Assembly (NCBI GenBank): GCA_001778235.1
Contig: MFGJ01000008.1
Location: 61,313 to 125,312, forward strand
Source: Candidatus Falkowbacteria bacterium RIFOXYC2_FULL_36_12
GTDB lineage: Bacteria; Patescibacteriota; Patescibacteriia; UBA11705
Length of the DNA stretch: 64,000 nucleotides
Direction: 5' to 3'
How positions within the stretch are numbered: position 1 is the stretch's first letter; every line of letters begins with the position of its first letter. Both the position numbers and the translations under genes were made by a program. This document shows, piece by piece, positions 30,015 to 39,794 of this stretch. Under the pieces are notes generated by a model. That model had not been told where the DNA came from. It searched no databases and was given only the letters and a program-made list of their open reading frames with translations.

Positions 30015-31745
30015 TTATTTTTTATTTTGAAATATTGACTCATCAAATCCTAATTTTTTTTTATATTCTTCAGCCGCCACAACATTTGCAGCTTTGAGCA
30101 AAGATTCAAAAGTCCCCGTATCAAGCCATCTGCCATTCACCATTCGGACATCAAGTTCATTCATCCCTCGATACGCATTCATCACCTCTGTAATATCTGT
30201 TTCAGGTCTCCATGTCGGTTTAATTCCTTTGGCAATATTACAAACTCGACTGTCAAAAATATAAATTCCTGGAATAGCATAATTACTTTTGGGATTTTGT
30301 GGTTTTTCTTCAATTGAAACCACTCTCATATTCGTATCAAATTCAACAACCCCAAATCTCTGTGGGTCAGGCACATCAACCGCAAAAATTCTGCCACCTT
30401 TTTCAAAACTTTGTATATCCTGAACAAAATCATGGTCAAAAAACAAATTATCACCCAATATCAAAGTCACATTATCATCACCAATAAAATTCTCTCCAAT
30501 TATAAATGCCTCTGGCAATCCTTTTGGTTCATCCTGAATTTCATATGAAATTTTTACTCCGAGATCCTTGCCCGAACCAAGCAATTGCAGGAATTGTCCA
30601 GCATAATCAGGTGCAACAATTATCAAAATATCTTTTATCCCAGCCTTAATTAAAGTTTCAAGCGGATACATGATCATTGGTTTATCATATACTGGTAACA
30701 ATTGTTTGCTGGTAATTTTTGTTAATGGCTTCAATCGTGTCCCCTTTCCTCCTGCGAGAATAATTCCTTTCATAACTTTATTATCACTTGTAATATTTAT
30801 TATACCACCTTTTTCAGCCTCCTGCTCATTTTTATCAATAATTTGTTCAACCTCTTTCAATTCTTTTACCTTTCCAACCTCTCCCTGTTTTTTCGTTTCT
30901 CCCATTTCTCCCTCTAACAAATATTCCTTCAAAGCTTCCTGCCAATTTCTCATCATTGGCATTTTTTCATTAATTAATACAGAATATCTTGGTCTGCGTG
31001 CTGGCCTTGGGAACATATCACTTCCCACCCTGCTAAGAACCATTTTCTTGTTCAATACTTTAAAAATTTCTTCAGCCAAACCATACCAAGTACAAGCACC
31101 ATTATTAGCCGCATGGTAAATGCCGTAATCATAATCTCCCTCAACAATTTCCTTTGTTCGATTAGCTACATCCAGAGCATATGTCGGACAACTAAACTCT
31201 TCATCAACCACATCAAGAGAATCTTTTTCTTCTGCCAATTTTCTCATTACATCAACAAAACTCTTTTTTGCTCCAACTGAAAGTGCTGGCTTACCAAACA
31301 ATCTTGATAAGCGAATTATATAATACTTTCCCCCAATTTCCTGCACTGCCAATTCACCCGCTAACTTTGATCTACCATACTCGCTTACAGGATTTGGAAT
31401 ATCTTCTTCTGTATACCCTTTTTCTTTTTCTCCTTCAAAAACATAATCAGTTGAATAATGAACAAACACAATCAAAAGCTCTTTGGCAATCATTGCCAAA
31501 TTCCTTGGACCACCAGCATTTACACTAAAGGCTAATTCTGACATTTCCTCTGCCTCATCTACAGCATTATAGGCCGCAGCATTGATAATCAAATCTGGTT
31601 TTAATAATCTTATTTTTTCATCAACCATTTGATTATCAGTAATATCAATATCCTCCCGATCCCAAAGTATTAAATCATCCCTAGCAAATACCTTGGCTAA
31701 TTCTTGTCCCAACATCCCCTTTGATCCTATTATAAGTGTTTTCAT
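30015..31745 (-). CDS. rfbD-rfbA: Bifunctional fusion: N-terminal dTDP-4-dehydrorhamnose reductase (RfbD) and C-terminal glucose-1-phosphate thymidylyltransferase (RfbA)
   Basis: N-terminal half: MKTLIIGSKGMLGQEL...YSTDYVF (NAD-binding RfbD). C-terminal half: MKGIILAGGKGTRLKPLT...QLLPVYDKPMI (nucleotidyltransferase GxGTRLxPxT). Confidence 0.85.
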   Translation of the reverse strand: MKTLIIGSKGMLGQELAKVFARDDLILWDREDIDITDNQMVDEKIRLLKPDLIINAAAYNAVDEAEEMSELAFSVNAGGPRNLAMIAKELLIVFVHYSTDYVFEGEKEKGYTEEDIPNPVSEYGRSKLAGELAVQEIGGKYYIIRLSRLFGKPALSVGAKKSFVDVMRKLAEEKDSLDVVDEEFSCPTYALDVANRTKEIVEGDYDYGIYHAANNGACTWYGLAEEIFKVLNKKMVLSRVGSDMFPRPARRPRYSVLINEKMPMMRNWQEALKEYLLEGEMGETKKQGEVGKVKELKEVEQIIDKNEQEAEKGGIINITSDNKVMKGIILAGGKGTRLKPLTKITSKQLLPVYDKPMIMYPLETLIKAGIKDILIIVAPDYAGQFLQLLGSGKDLGVKISYEIQDEPKGLPEAFIIGENFIGDDNVTLILGDNLFFDHDFVQDIQSFEKGGRIFAVDVPDPQRFGVVEFDTNMRVVSIEEKPQNPKSNYAIPGIYIFDSRVCNIAKGIKPTWRPETDITEVMNAYRGMNELDVRMVNGRWLDTGTFESLLKAANVVAAEEYKKKLGFDESIFQNKK

Positions 31746-31836
31746 AGTAATTTCAGTTTAGCAAATATTTTTCAAAAGTCAATCACAAAAATACAATTAA
31801 AAAAGAACCTTGTTAAAGATTCTCTATTTTAATTAA

Positions 31837-33030
31837 TTAATAATTAAGATCACCCCTAAGATCACCCCTAAGATCACCACAGATATCTTCACTGATACCA
31901 GGCAGAGATTTGAAAAAATCAGGTAAATTGATTAGCAAAGGAACAACATAGGTATGAAACCACAAATGATAAACCTGCATCATAACAAGAAATCCATTCA
32001 CCCAGCCATCTCTTGTTTCAGTCGGTAAACCACGAAGACGCTCAATCAATCCATCAGCCACAGTCGTACACCTGATCATTGGTTCCAATTTTTCAAGATG
32101 ATGTTTAATATTTTTAAATATAGGCCTTTCCAATTTTGAAACATCTTGAATTGCTGTGATGACAGAATACATCATTTCACGGTATTCATCTCTCAACTTA
32201 ACCATCCTCCCAAAATCATTTCTGCCATAGACTGAATCGTTGGTTTGTGAATCAGCAAACATTTTCATATGTCCAACAAAAGTCGTTGGATCAGCTGGGT
32301 CAATCACCATGTGCGCATCAAAATCAACCTGAAAAAATCCACTTTGCGCATATTCATAATGTTCATTTTCGAAACTCAAAGACAAAAAGTGCCTGACAAA
32401 ATAACTCGGGCCATTGCAGTCAAGCCTGTCAACCCAACGAGTAAACCACACTGCCCAAATTGGTCCTTGATCATCAGTATCAACATAAGGCTGAATAACC
32501 ACTTTTTCACCTGTACTGGTTTCAACTTCAAAATCTCGAGTATAATGAGTATGCGCTGCCACACAATATTCAATCAAAAACTTTTCTTCACGATTTAACC
32601 CTAACTTCTCACCAACTTCTTCAAAAACATAATGCAACAAAATCGCTGCTGCCTCTGCATGCCTGATAACCCTTGATCTTTCCTCATATCTCTGAACAAC
32701 CGCACAACCAATATCATGCAACACTCCAGCAATAAAACCAATAAACACCTGCTTCTGGTCAGCTTTTAGATGAGAAAAAAGTAGCAAAGCATTGACATAA
32801 TCCCGAATCAAATGACCTTTACCATGTCCTGGCTCCATTTTCTGAAAAGAAAAATCAACTTCTGACAAACATTCAAGTACACCCTTCACCACACTGACCG
32901 CTTCGACCAAAGTCAACAAACCTCTTGGACGAACCTCATCAAACAGTCTTCTTGAAAAACCAGTTCTTAATCCTTGGATATATTGTCTTGCCTTTTCATC
33001 TTCAAATCTTTTTGTCAAGTCTTGATACAT
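31837..33030 (-). CDS. HD-domain phosphohydrolase-like protein with a C-terminal GDLR x3 tandem repeat, inserted in the rfb cluster
   Basis: A His...HD motif (GHGKGH ... GVLHDIGC). The G/C richness looks higher than in the neighbours. The 3' end contains 3 tandem 12-bp units (gatcacccctaa) encoding GDLRGDLRGDL. Confidence 0.55.
   Translation of the reverse strand: MYQDLTKRFEDEKARQYIQGLRTGFSRRLFDEVRPRGLLTLVEAVSVVKGVLECLSEVDFSFQKMEPGHGKGHLIRDYVNALLLFSHLKADQKQVFIGFIAGVLHDIGCAVVQRYEERSRVIRHAEAAAILLHYVFEEVGEKLGLNREEKFLIEYCVAAHTHYTRDFEVETSTGEKVVIQPYVDTDDQGPIWAVWFTRWVDRLDCNGPSYFVRHFLSLSFENEHYEYAQSGFFQVDFDAHMVIDPADPTTFVGHMKMFADSQTNDSVYGRNDFGRMVKLRDEYREMMYSVITAIQDVSKLERPIFKNIKHHLEKLEPMIRCTTVADGLIERLRGLPTETRDGWVNGFLVMMQVYHLWFHTYVVPLLINLPDFFKSLPGISEDICGDLRGDLRGDLNY
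31849..31888 (-). repeat. In-frame tandem 12-bp repeat (about 3 copies) at the 3' end of the HD-domain gene
   Basis: ttaagatcacccctaagatcacccctaagatcacc. Confidence 0.7.
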
Positions 33031-33151
33031 TTTCCAGCCTCCTGTCGCTCCTGGGTGGTCAAAGAACCTTTAATAAACTTATTCCAATCTCAAAATTATG
33101 TCAATGAGGTAAATTGATAACCTCAATTCCCTAGATTATAACTATTTGAAT

Positions 33152-34216
33152 CTAAATTTCAATCCCAGAATTTTTTTCATTATTTTCCATATTTTTCTGC
33201 ACAACGACCACATTCTTCCGACCATACTGCTTTTCATAATATTCCAAATACTCACCGCTTTTTACCTTTTTCCACCAATCCTGATTTTCCCTATACCAAT
33301 TAATTGTTTGTTCCATTCCTTCCTCAAAACTTACCCTCGGTTTCCAGCCAAGTTCAGCCATGATTTTATATGGTCGAATAGCATATCTTCGATCATGTCC
33401 CTTACGGTCTTCAACATACTCAACCATTTCTTCACCAACACCCATCTTAGCTAAGATTAAATCCGTGATTTGTCGATTTGTCCTTTCGCTTTGCGCTCCA
33501 ATACAATATGTTTCACCAACTTTTCCTTCATGAATAATCAAATCAACCGCCTCATTATGATCTGAAACATGCACCCAATCTCTCACATTTTTTCCATCTC
33601 CATAGAGAGGTACTTTTTTTCCTTCGATTAAATTTGTAACAAACAAAGGAATCAATTTTTCAGGAAATTGATATGGTCCGTAATTATTTGAACAATTGGA
33701 AACTGTTATTGGTAGACCATGGGTATGATAATATGCGCGAACAAGATGATCTGATGCTGCTTTTGATGATGCATATGGGCTTCGCGGATCATACGGAGTA
33801 TCTTCATGGAATAACCCTTCAGCCCCGAGAGAACCAAAAACTTCATCCGTAGAAATATGATGAAATCTTTTTACATTATTTTTTTTAGCAGCTTCTAAGA
33901 CTGAAAAAGTTCCAACAACATTGGTCAGCACAAAAACATCCGCTTCCATGATTGATCGGTCAACATGCGATTCAGCTGCGAAATGCACAACCACATCAAC
34001 ACCTTTCATTATATAATCCAAAAGTTCTGTATTTAAAATATCTCCACGCACAAATGAATAATTTGGATGAGTTTCCAAATCCTTCAGATTCTCCAAATTA
34101 CCAGCGTAAGTTAATTTATCATAATTAATAACCGCGTAATACGGATATTTTTTCAAAATGTATTTAATAAAATTTGTCCCTATAAATCCTGCCCCCCCAG
34201 TAACTAACATTTTCAT
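33152..34216 (-). CDS. rfbB: dTDP-glucose 4,6-dehydratase
   Basis: MKMLVTGGAGFIGTNF and the SDR catalytic YxxxK (YASSKAASD). The RBS ggag precedes the ATG at 34214-34216. Confidence 0.9.
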   Translation of the reverse strand: MKMLVTGGAGFIGTNFIKYILKKYPYYAVINYDKLTYAGNLENLKDLETHPNYSFVRGDILNTELLDYIMKGVDVVVHFAAESHVDRSIMEADVFVLTNVVGTFSVLEAAKKNNVKRFHHISTDEVFGSLGAEGLFHEDTPYDPRSPYASSKAASDHLVRAYYHTHGLPITVSNCSNNYGPYQFPEKLIPLFVTNLIEGKKVPLYGDGKNVRDWVHVSDHNEAVDLIIHEGKVGETYCIGAQSERTNRQITDLILAKMGVGEEMVEYVEDRKGHDRRYAIRPYKIMAELGWKPRVSFEEGMEQTINWYRENQDWWKKVKSGEYLEYYEKQYGRKNVVVVQKNMENNEKNSGIEI

Positions 34217-34474
34217 ATACTCCAAATCTACAAATTTTTACCAATATTATTAACAAAGACATTTATAATTTATTGACCTGAAATTAACCATTCCTGTGAT
34301 TTGTAATTTTCATAATATTAGTATATTCGTAACACAATCTTTCTCCCCCCCCTTACCCCAAAGTTCATATAAAGTAAAATCTACTTCTGGGTACAATTAA
34401 TTTAAGGCTTCTATCAACTATACCCCATCAACTCTAATCTATCAACTCTTCTCGCGAACAATTTATTTATTCAA

Positions 34475-35035
34475 TCAAGAGTCTAGCTGAACACTTTTTT
34501 TACTCAAGTACTGTTTCAATCTATAATAAGCAGCAACCGATGGTGCGTCAGTGATTTCATTTCTCGCTATCATATTTTCAAATTCATCCAAGCTTACTTT
34601 TTTCATAGATAAGAACTCCGTATAAGACGGATTTGCACCAGTCTCTTTCAATTTTGTGGCAATATAAATATGGGCATTTTGCGAACTTATGCTATTATCA
34701 TAAAAAAAAGTACCAATTTTATCCCAATTTTCTGCTTCTACTCCGACTTCTTCCAGCAATTCTCTTTTAGCTGAACCAAGCACATCAGAATCATCCGCTT
34801 CCATTGTCCCCATTGGCAACTCCCAAGAAAATTTATGTATAGGATATCTATATTGACCGACAATGTACATCTCATTACTTTCATTGATTGCCGCAATAAT
34901 CACACCAACATTTCTTGATATGTATGTATATTTGCCAATCTGTCCACTCGGCATAATAATATCATCTTGAACCAATCTATACCAAGGATTTTTATGGACT
35001 TCCTGACTTCTAATCGTCTCCCAATGTTCATCCAT
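34475..35035 (-). CDS. NUDIX hydrolase (ADP-ribose pyrophosphatase-like)
   Basis: The NUDIX box GTMEADDSDVLGSAKRELLEEVGVEA (Gx5Ex7REUxEExGU). Confidence 0.75.
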   Translation of the reverse strand: MDEHWETIRSQEVHKNPWYRLVQDDIIMPSGQIGKYTYISRNVGVIIAAINESNEMYIVGQYRYPIHKFSWELPMGTMEADDSDVLGSAKRELLEEVGVEAENWDKIGTFFYDNSISSQNAHIYIATKLKETGANPSYTEFLSMKKVSLDEFENMIARNEITDAPSVAAYYRLKQYLSKKSVQLDS

Positions 35036-35444
35036 ATTTTTCTAAATTATTTCTCAATTGTTCTGTAATTTTTTCGACTTCACCTTCTTTATATTTATTT
35101 CCTTTAAATAAAACATGCCCATCGTTTTCAAATCTTGGCATAATATGAACATGCAAATGATCAACCTCTTGACCGGCAATTTTACCATTATTTATGTTCA
35201 GATTAAATGCTTGAGCTTTTGACACGACTAAAACCTCCGGAATTATTTTTTTGACAGCCAACATTATTTCCAACCACACTTTTTGTGTTGTTTTCTCAAT
35301 ATTGACAAAGTGTTCTTTCGGGATTACCAAAACATGACCCGGGTTTATCGGATTTATATCAAGAAAAGCCATTACACTATCATTTTCATAAACCTTATAA
35401 CAAGGAATTTCTCCTTTTACTATTTTACAAAATAAACAGTCCAT
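35028..35444 (-). CDS. HIT-family (histidine triad) hydrolase
   Basis: MDCLFCKIV..., then the HxHxHx motif VDHLHVHIMPR. Confidence 0.85.
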   Translation of the reverse strand: MDCLFCKIVKGEIPCYKVYENDSVMAFLDINPINPGHVLVIPKEHFVNIEKTTQKVWLEIMLAVKKIIPEVLVVSKAQAFNLNINNGKIAGQEVDHLHVHIMPRFENDGHVLFKGNKYKEGEVEKITEQLRNNLEKYG

Positions 35445-35445
35445 A

Positions 35446-36099
35446 TTATAAACCTCCTGAAATAATACTCAAAATTGCAAAAACCACTGCTAACCATAAA
35501 ACCCATTGAGCCACTACAATCAATATCGGCAGACTAAGCAACAAACCCAAAAATACCAAGGCAATACCACCGACCTGCAGATTAAGCTTTATTTTCCCCC
35601 ACACATTTGCCTTTATATCAAGCTTTGAACCACTGGCTTTCATAATAAGCCCCAATAATATTATAATTGCGTCCAAACCAACAACCAGTACAGCTAAAGG
35701 CAAATTGATTTTCAAAAGAATTATCAAAATTGCCGATCCGATTAATAATTTATCCGCCACAGGATCAAGCACTTTGCCGAGTTCAGTGATCTGATTCCTG
35801 CCTCGAGCCAGTGCCCCATCAAACATGTCAGTCAAAGCCAAAATAATAAATAAAATTAGTCCCAATACATATTGTTCATCCCAAAGTACATAAACCAAAA
35901 ATGGCACACCTATCAGCCTTGTCGTTGATAACATATTTGGCGTCAACCATTTAGGAATAATCGGGAAAAACAGCTTACAAAATGGATCAAAAACATCTTC
36001 AAAAAAACTTTTTGCTTTGACTTTCATAAACTTATTTTTTACACATAGATAAAATCTATGAATCTTATTATTTATTTTTTGTTGTCCAATCAAATCCAA
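35446..36099 (-). CDS. CDP-alcohol phosphatidyltransferase family protein
   Basis: Dx2DGx2ARx8Gx3Dx3D is present (DMFDGALARGRNQITELGKVLDPVAD). The true start may be the internal MKVKAKSF. Confidence 0.7.
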   Translation of the reverse strand: MDLIGQQKINNKIHRFYLCVKNKFMKVKAKSFFEDVFDPFCKLFFPIIPKWLTPNMLSTTRLIGVPFLVYVLWDEQYVLGLILFIILALTDMFDGALARGRNQITELGKVLDPVADKLLIGSAILIILLKINLPLAVLVVGLDAIIILLGLIMKASGSKLDIKANVWGKIKLNLQVGGIALVFLGLLLSLPILIVVAQWVLWLAVVFAILSIISGGL

Positions 36100-36523
36100 T
36101 CACTGGATCATCAAAAGAAATTCTTTCTTCATCCGGTTCATCAGGATTATAGGCTTGACTAGTATGATAAAACATTCCAACTTTGTCATTACCGAGTACT
36201 CTGTATCCGTGGGCCACATACGGTGGTATAGCTATCACCATTGGATTATTTTCACCTGAATAAATTACTTGAGTCTGTCCGAAAGTCACTGAATTTTCCC
36301 TCATGTCATGTAATACTACCTGCGCCATTCCCCTTACCACAAACCAAACATCCCACTGCTTCTTGTGCCAATGAAAAGCTTTGATCACTCCGGGATAAGT
36401 TTCCGTGTAACTTGTTTGCTTAACCTCTTGAAAAGTTTCTTCGCCTTCTTTCACTATTTCCTGAAAAAAGCCACGATCATCCGAAAACCTCTTTATTTGT
36501 TTAATTTTTACTCCTTCTATCAT
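36068..36523 (-). CDS. rfbC: dTDP-4-dehydrorhamnose 3,5-epimerase-like cupin
   Basis: FSDDRGFFQE ... HGYRVL motifs within a cupin-length protein, clustered with rfbB and rfbD-rfbA. Confidence 0.65.
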   Translation of the reverse strand: MIEGVKIKQIKRFSDDRGFFQEIVKEGEETFQEVKQTSYTETYPGVIKAFHWHKKQWDVWFVVRGMAQVVLHDMRENSVTFGQTQVIYSGENNPMVIAIPPYVAHGYRVLGNDKVGMFYHTSQAYNPDEPDEERISFDDPVIGFDWTTKNK

Positions 36524-36532
36524 AAATTAATA

Positions 36533-36946
36533 TCAATGCCCTCCAACAAAAGTATAATGCTTATTTATATTATAATTCCAGAGCAATACAATAAGTACTG
36601 CTACCAATTTTGCCCAGTTATACCACAAACCAACCCATTCAATCAAAATACTCATTATCCCTATATTCAATATTAACCCAATAAAACTAAAAAGCAAGAA
36701 CAACCCATATTGCTTAGCCACTTTTAATCTCTGTTTCTTTCCAAATATCCAATATTTATTCCACAAAAACGAATTGAAATTTGCGATTAGAAATGCCCCA
36801 ATCGCAGAATAATAAACACCCCAATCAGTAAAGAAAATAAAAATATTCAAAAAACTAAAATCAATTATAGAACTTACAATTCCAATTATACTATATTTTA
36901 TAAATTGTTTTGAACAAATAAACTTTTTATCTGAAATATACCTCAT
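36533..36946 (-). CDS. GtrA-family membrane protein
   Basis: A 137-aa protein with four transmembrane helices (KYSIIGIVSSIIDFSFLNIFIF...), sitting in a polysaccharide gene context. Confidence 0.65.
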   Translation of the reverse strand: MRYISDKKFICSKQFIKYSIIGIVSSIIDFSFLNIFIFFTDWGVYYSAIGAFLIANFNSFLWNKYWIFGKKQRLKVAKQYGLFLLFSFIGLILNIGIMSILIEWVGLWYNWAKLVAVLIVLLWNYNINKHYTFVGGH

Positions 36947-36949
36947 ATT

Positions 36950-38950
36950 TTATCTCACAACCACTTGGATACCAGCTGTGAAGCTAGCTTCATAAGCAAA
37001 AAATTCACTTAATAATTCAACATTTGTTGACCAAATTCTGATGTGCGGTCCACCTGTCTTACCTGGTGCAGTTATAATCTCATCAATACCATCTCCATTA
37101 AAGTCGCCAGTCGCCAATCTCACACCTCCACGAAAATTTTGATTATAGGCAAACAAACTTACTAAGCCTGTCCCATCAAACTCAATCACTCTGACATGAG
37201 GTCCGCCACCTTCACCTGCTCCAGCAACTAGCTCCATTTGACTGTCATTATCAAAATTTCCAGCACCAACATTCACTCCACCTTTAAATGATTGGGTAAA
37301 AGGCTGTATCTTTTTTAATAGCTGTCCTTCATTATTATAAATTTGAATTTCCGCTGAAATTCCTTCTGGTGATCCCACAATAATTTCTTCTCTTTCATCT
37401 CCTTGAACATCTGCCAATACAACATTCAAACCATCACATTCCACTCCATTAAATACTGAAAACTCTTTTTGCAAAGTTCCCTCATAATTAAATATTCGGA
37501 CAACAGACTTTCTCTTTGTTTGAGGTACAACCACATATGCAATATTTCCAGAGCCATCAACCCTGCCAGCAGTTACTTTGACACCTCCGCGAAAATCATT
37601 TTCAAAGGCTAAAAAACTCTCAATTAATTCTTCATCAATTGTCAGCCCACGAACAAATGGTAAATTATCAGGAGCAGATCCTGCCACAATATCTGACAAA
37701 CCATCATTATCCAAATCAGCCATATTAATATTTAAACCCTCAACTCCATCAAAAACTTCAATATCCTTTTGCCAAACAAAATTACCATCATAATTTACAA
37801 TTTTTCCATCTCGACCCTCATCAGGTGCAATAAAAAATTTCAAATCACCTTTCTGTTCATAGTTATTCAAAGTCTCCTTCACTGCTTCACCCGTATTAAG
37901 CAATCCAGCACCATATTTCCCGACCAAAAAACTGTCTTGAAAATCAATTTTAGTTGCAGTTTTTCGTAAAATTGTTAAAACATCATTATTTGATAAATTA
38001 TTATTAATTGATTTCATCAAAGCGATTGTTCCTGAAACCAAAGCAGTTGAAAACGAAGTACCATTAAACCCATCTTGAACATAATTTACTAATTCCGGTC
38101 TTTTTGAACTTTGGAAAACAATACTTATTATATTTTCCCCAGGAGCAGAAATATCAATTACTTCACCATAATTTGAAAAATGAGAAATTCGGTTTGATTG
38201 ATCAGTCGAAGCTACCCCAATGATAGCATTAGTATCCCACTCTTCATCATAACTGACTGGATAAATTTTTTTTTCTTCCAAATCAACTCCGCCATCAATA
38301 TTATTACCTGAAGCCGCTACCACGCTGACATTCTTGTTATTAGCTTTTAAAATTGCTGTGCGTAAACCATATTCTTTTGAATCATAACCACCAAAACTCA
38401 AATTTATAACATCAGCGCCATTATCCACGGCATAGTTTACTGCATCAGCCACAGCTTTAGACCCACCAAAACCAACCGCATTGAGCACAACTAATGGCAT
38501 TATCCTAACTTTTGAAGCAACTCCTTTGATCCCAAAATCATTATCATGTATTGCGGTAATCAATCCTGATAAAATCGTACCATGTTTTACTGCTTCCGAG
38601 TCATAAAAAGAATTAATCTGTGGTTCAACCAGATTATTATCATCCACAAAATTCCAGCCATAGACATCATCTATAAAACCATTATTATCATTATCCAATT
38701 CATCACCTGCAATCTCATCATTATTTTTCCAAATATTATCTTTCAAATCTGGATGATCAATATCTACTCCAGTATCCAATACTGCGACTATTATTTCAGG
38801 TTCTCCTTTTGTTATGTTCCAAGCTTGCTCCGCATTTATTTTACCCAAATACCACTGTTGATCTTCATTCGGATCAGCTGCAACTACACAATTTATTGAT
38901 ACAAACAAAAATAAGACCAAAATAACTAATATTTTCCTTTTTATTTTCAT
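36950..38950 (-). CDS. Secreted subtilisin-like serine protease (S8) with C-terminal FG-GAP/beta-propeller repeats
   Basis: The catalytic triad motifs AVLDTGVDIDHPD, HGT and GTSFSTALVSG are followed by repeated DNDG/FNGDG calcium-binding-like repeats. Confidence 0.85.
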   Translation of the reverse strand: MKIKRKILVILVLFLFVSINCVVAADPNEDQQWYLGKINAEQAWNITKGEPEIIVAVLDTGVDIDHPDLKDNIWKNNDEIAGDELDNDNNGFIDDVYGWNFVDDNNLVEPQINSFYDSEAVKHGTILSGLITAIHDNDFGIKGVASKVRIMPLVVLNAVGFGGSKAVADAVNYAVDNGADVINLSFGGYDSKEYGLRTAILKANNKNVSVVAASGNNIDGGVDLEEKKIYPVSYDEEWDTNAIIGVASTDQSNRISHFSNYGEVIDISAPGENIISIVFQSSKRPELVNYVQDGFNGTSFSTALVSGTIALMKSINNNLSNNDVLTILRKTATKIDFQDSFLVGKYGAGLLNTGEAVKETLNNYEQKGDLKFFIAPDEGRDGKIVNYDGNFVWQKDIEVFDGVEGLNINMADLDNDGLSDIVAGSAPDNLPFVRGLTIDEELIESFLAFENDFRGGVKVTAGRVDGSGNIAYVVVPQTKRKSVVRIFNYEGTLQKEFSVFNGVECDGLNVVLADVQGDEREEIIVGSPEGISAEIQIYNNEGQLLKKIQPFTQSFKGGVNVGAGNFDNDSQMELVAGAGEGGGPHVRVIEFDGTGLVSLFAYNQNFRGGVRLATGDFNGDGIDEIITAPGKTGGPHIRIWSTNVELLSEFFAYEASFTAGIQVVVR

Positions 38951-39069
38951 ATTTGATTTATAATTTTCTTATTTTAATTATACAGCAAAATTTCCCGAAC
39001 TCCAATCGCTACTTGACATCACAGCATGAATATGATATATTAATCTATACCAGCACAGGGGAGGCAATC

Positions 39070-39651
39070 ATGGCGCCAAAGAAAGTAATTTTTGTTGAAC
39101 CTCTGACTCATTTTGAAATCACTAGCGATATGGCTGCAAGGCTATTTCGCTCAAGAGCCAATGCAATTCTTGCCAAAAACTCGCCTCTAACCAAGTTCAT
39201 TCAAAATCTATTTGATCAAAATTTCATTTCCCAAGATGATCGAGATCAACTTCTAGTCTGGATGGAAAAAACCGACCTTCGACTACGAATTTCGTGCAGC
39301 GCAACCGAATTAGTACAAAATGAATTAACCACAATCGGATTTCAGCAAATTATCGATGATGAACTTCAAGACTGGCACCAAATGTCCGAAAAAGAACTGC
39401 GAGATTGGGGAGATCATAACTTAATTGTTTTCAGACAAAGACTATGCAAGCACTGGCCGATTGAAATCAGTAATGTCAGAGCAATTAATAAAATGGCTGC
39501 ATTTACGACCAGACAACACGCTTCCAACTTTTTTGCTCCTTCAATGCAAATTTTCTTTGATGCCTTGGTAATTTGTTTTCTTGTTGCAAGAATGCAAAAA
39601 GCCATTGAACTGGCTGAAGATGTTACCGCTTGGGCAGTAGAATTGATCTAA
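39070..39651 (+). CDS. Hypothetical protein (193 aa)
   Basis: A strong RBS, acaggggagg, precedes the ATG at 39070. No family recognised. Confidence 0.5.
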   Translation: MAPKKVIFVEPLTHFEITSDMAARLFRSRANAILAKNSPLTKFIQNLFDQNFISQDDRDQLLVWMEKTDLRLRISCSATELVQNELTTIGFQQIIDDELQDWHQMSEKELRDWGDHNLIVFRQRLCKHWPIEISNVRAINKMAAFTTRQHASNFFAPSMQIFFDALVICFLVARMQKAIELAEDVTAWAVELI

Positions 39652-39664
39652 AAAATTTAAACTC

Positions 39665-39698
39665 AAAACGCTGGAAAACCTTCCAAGCGTTTTTTTGT
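39665..39698 (+). terminator. Intrinsic terminator between the convergent 39070..39651 gene and thrS
   Basis: aacgctggaaaaccttccaagcgtttttttg: an imperfect 9-bp stem with a T7 run. Confidence 0.55.
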
Positions 39699-39794
39699 TT
39701 AATGAAATCAATATTCTCTAACCTTTATTCTTTGTTCTTCTTACTCGCTTGCCCTGAAGTGATTCAGAACATCTACTTCAAGGCTGTACTCGCT

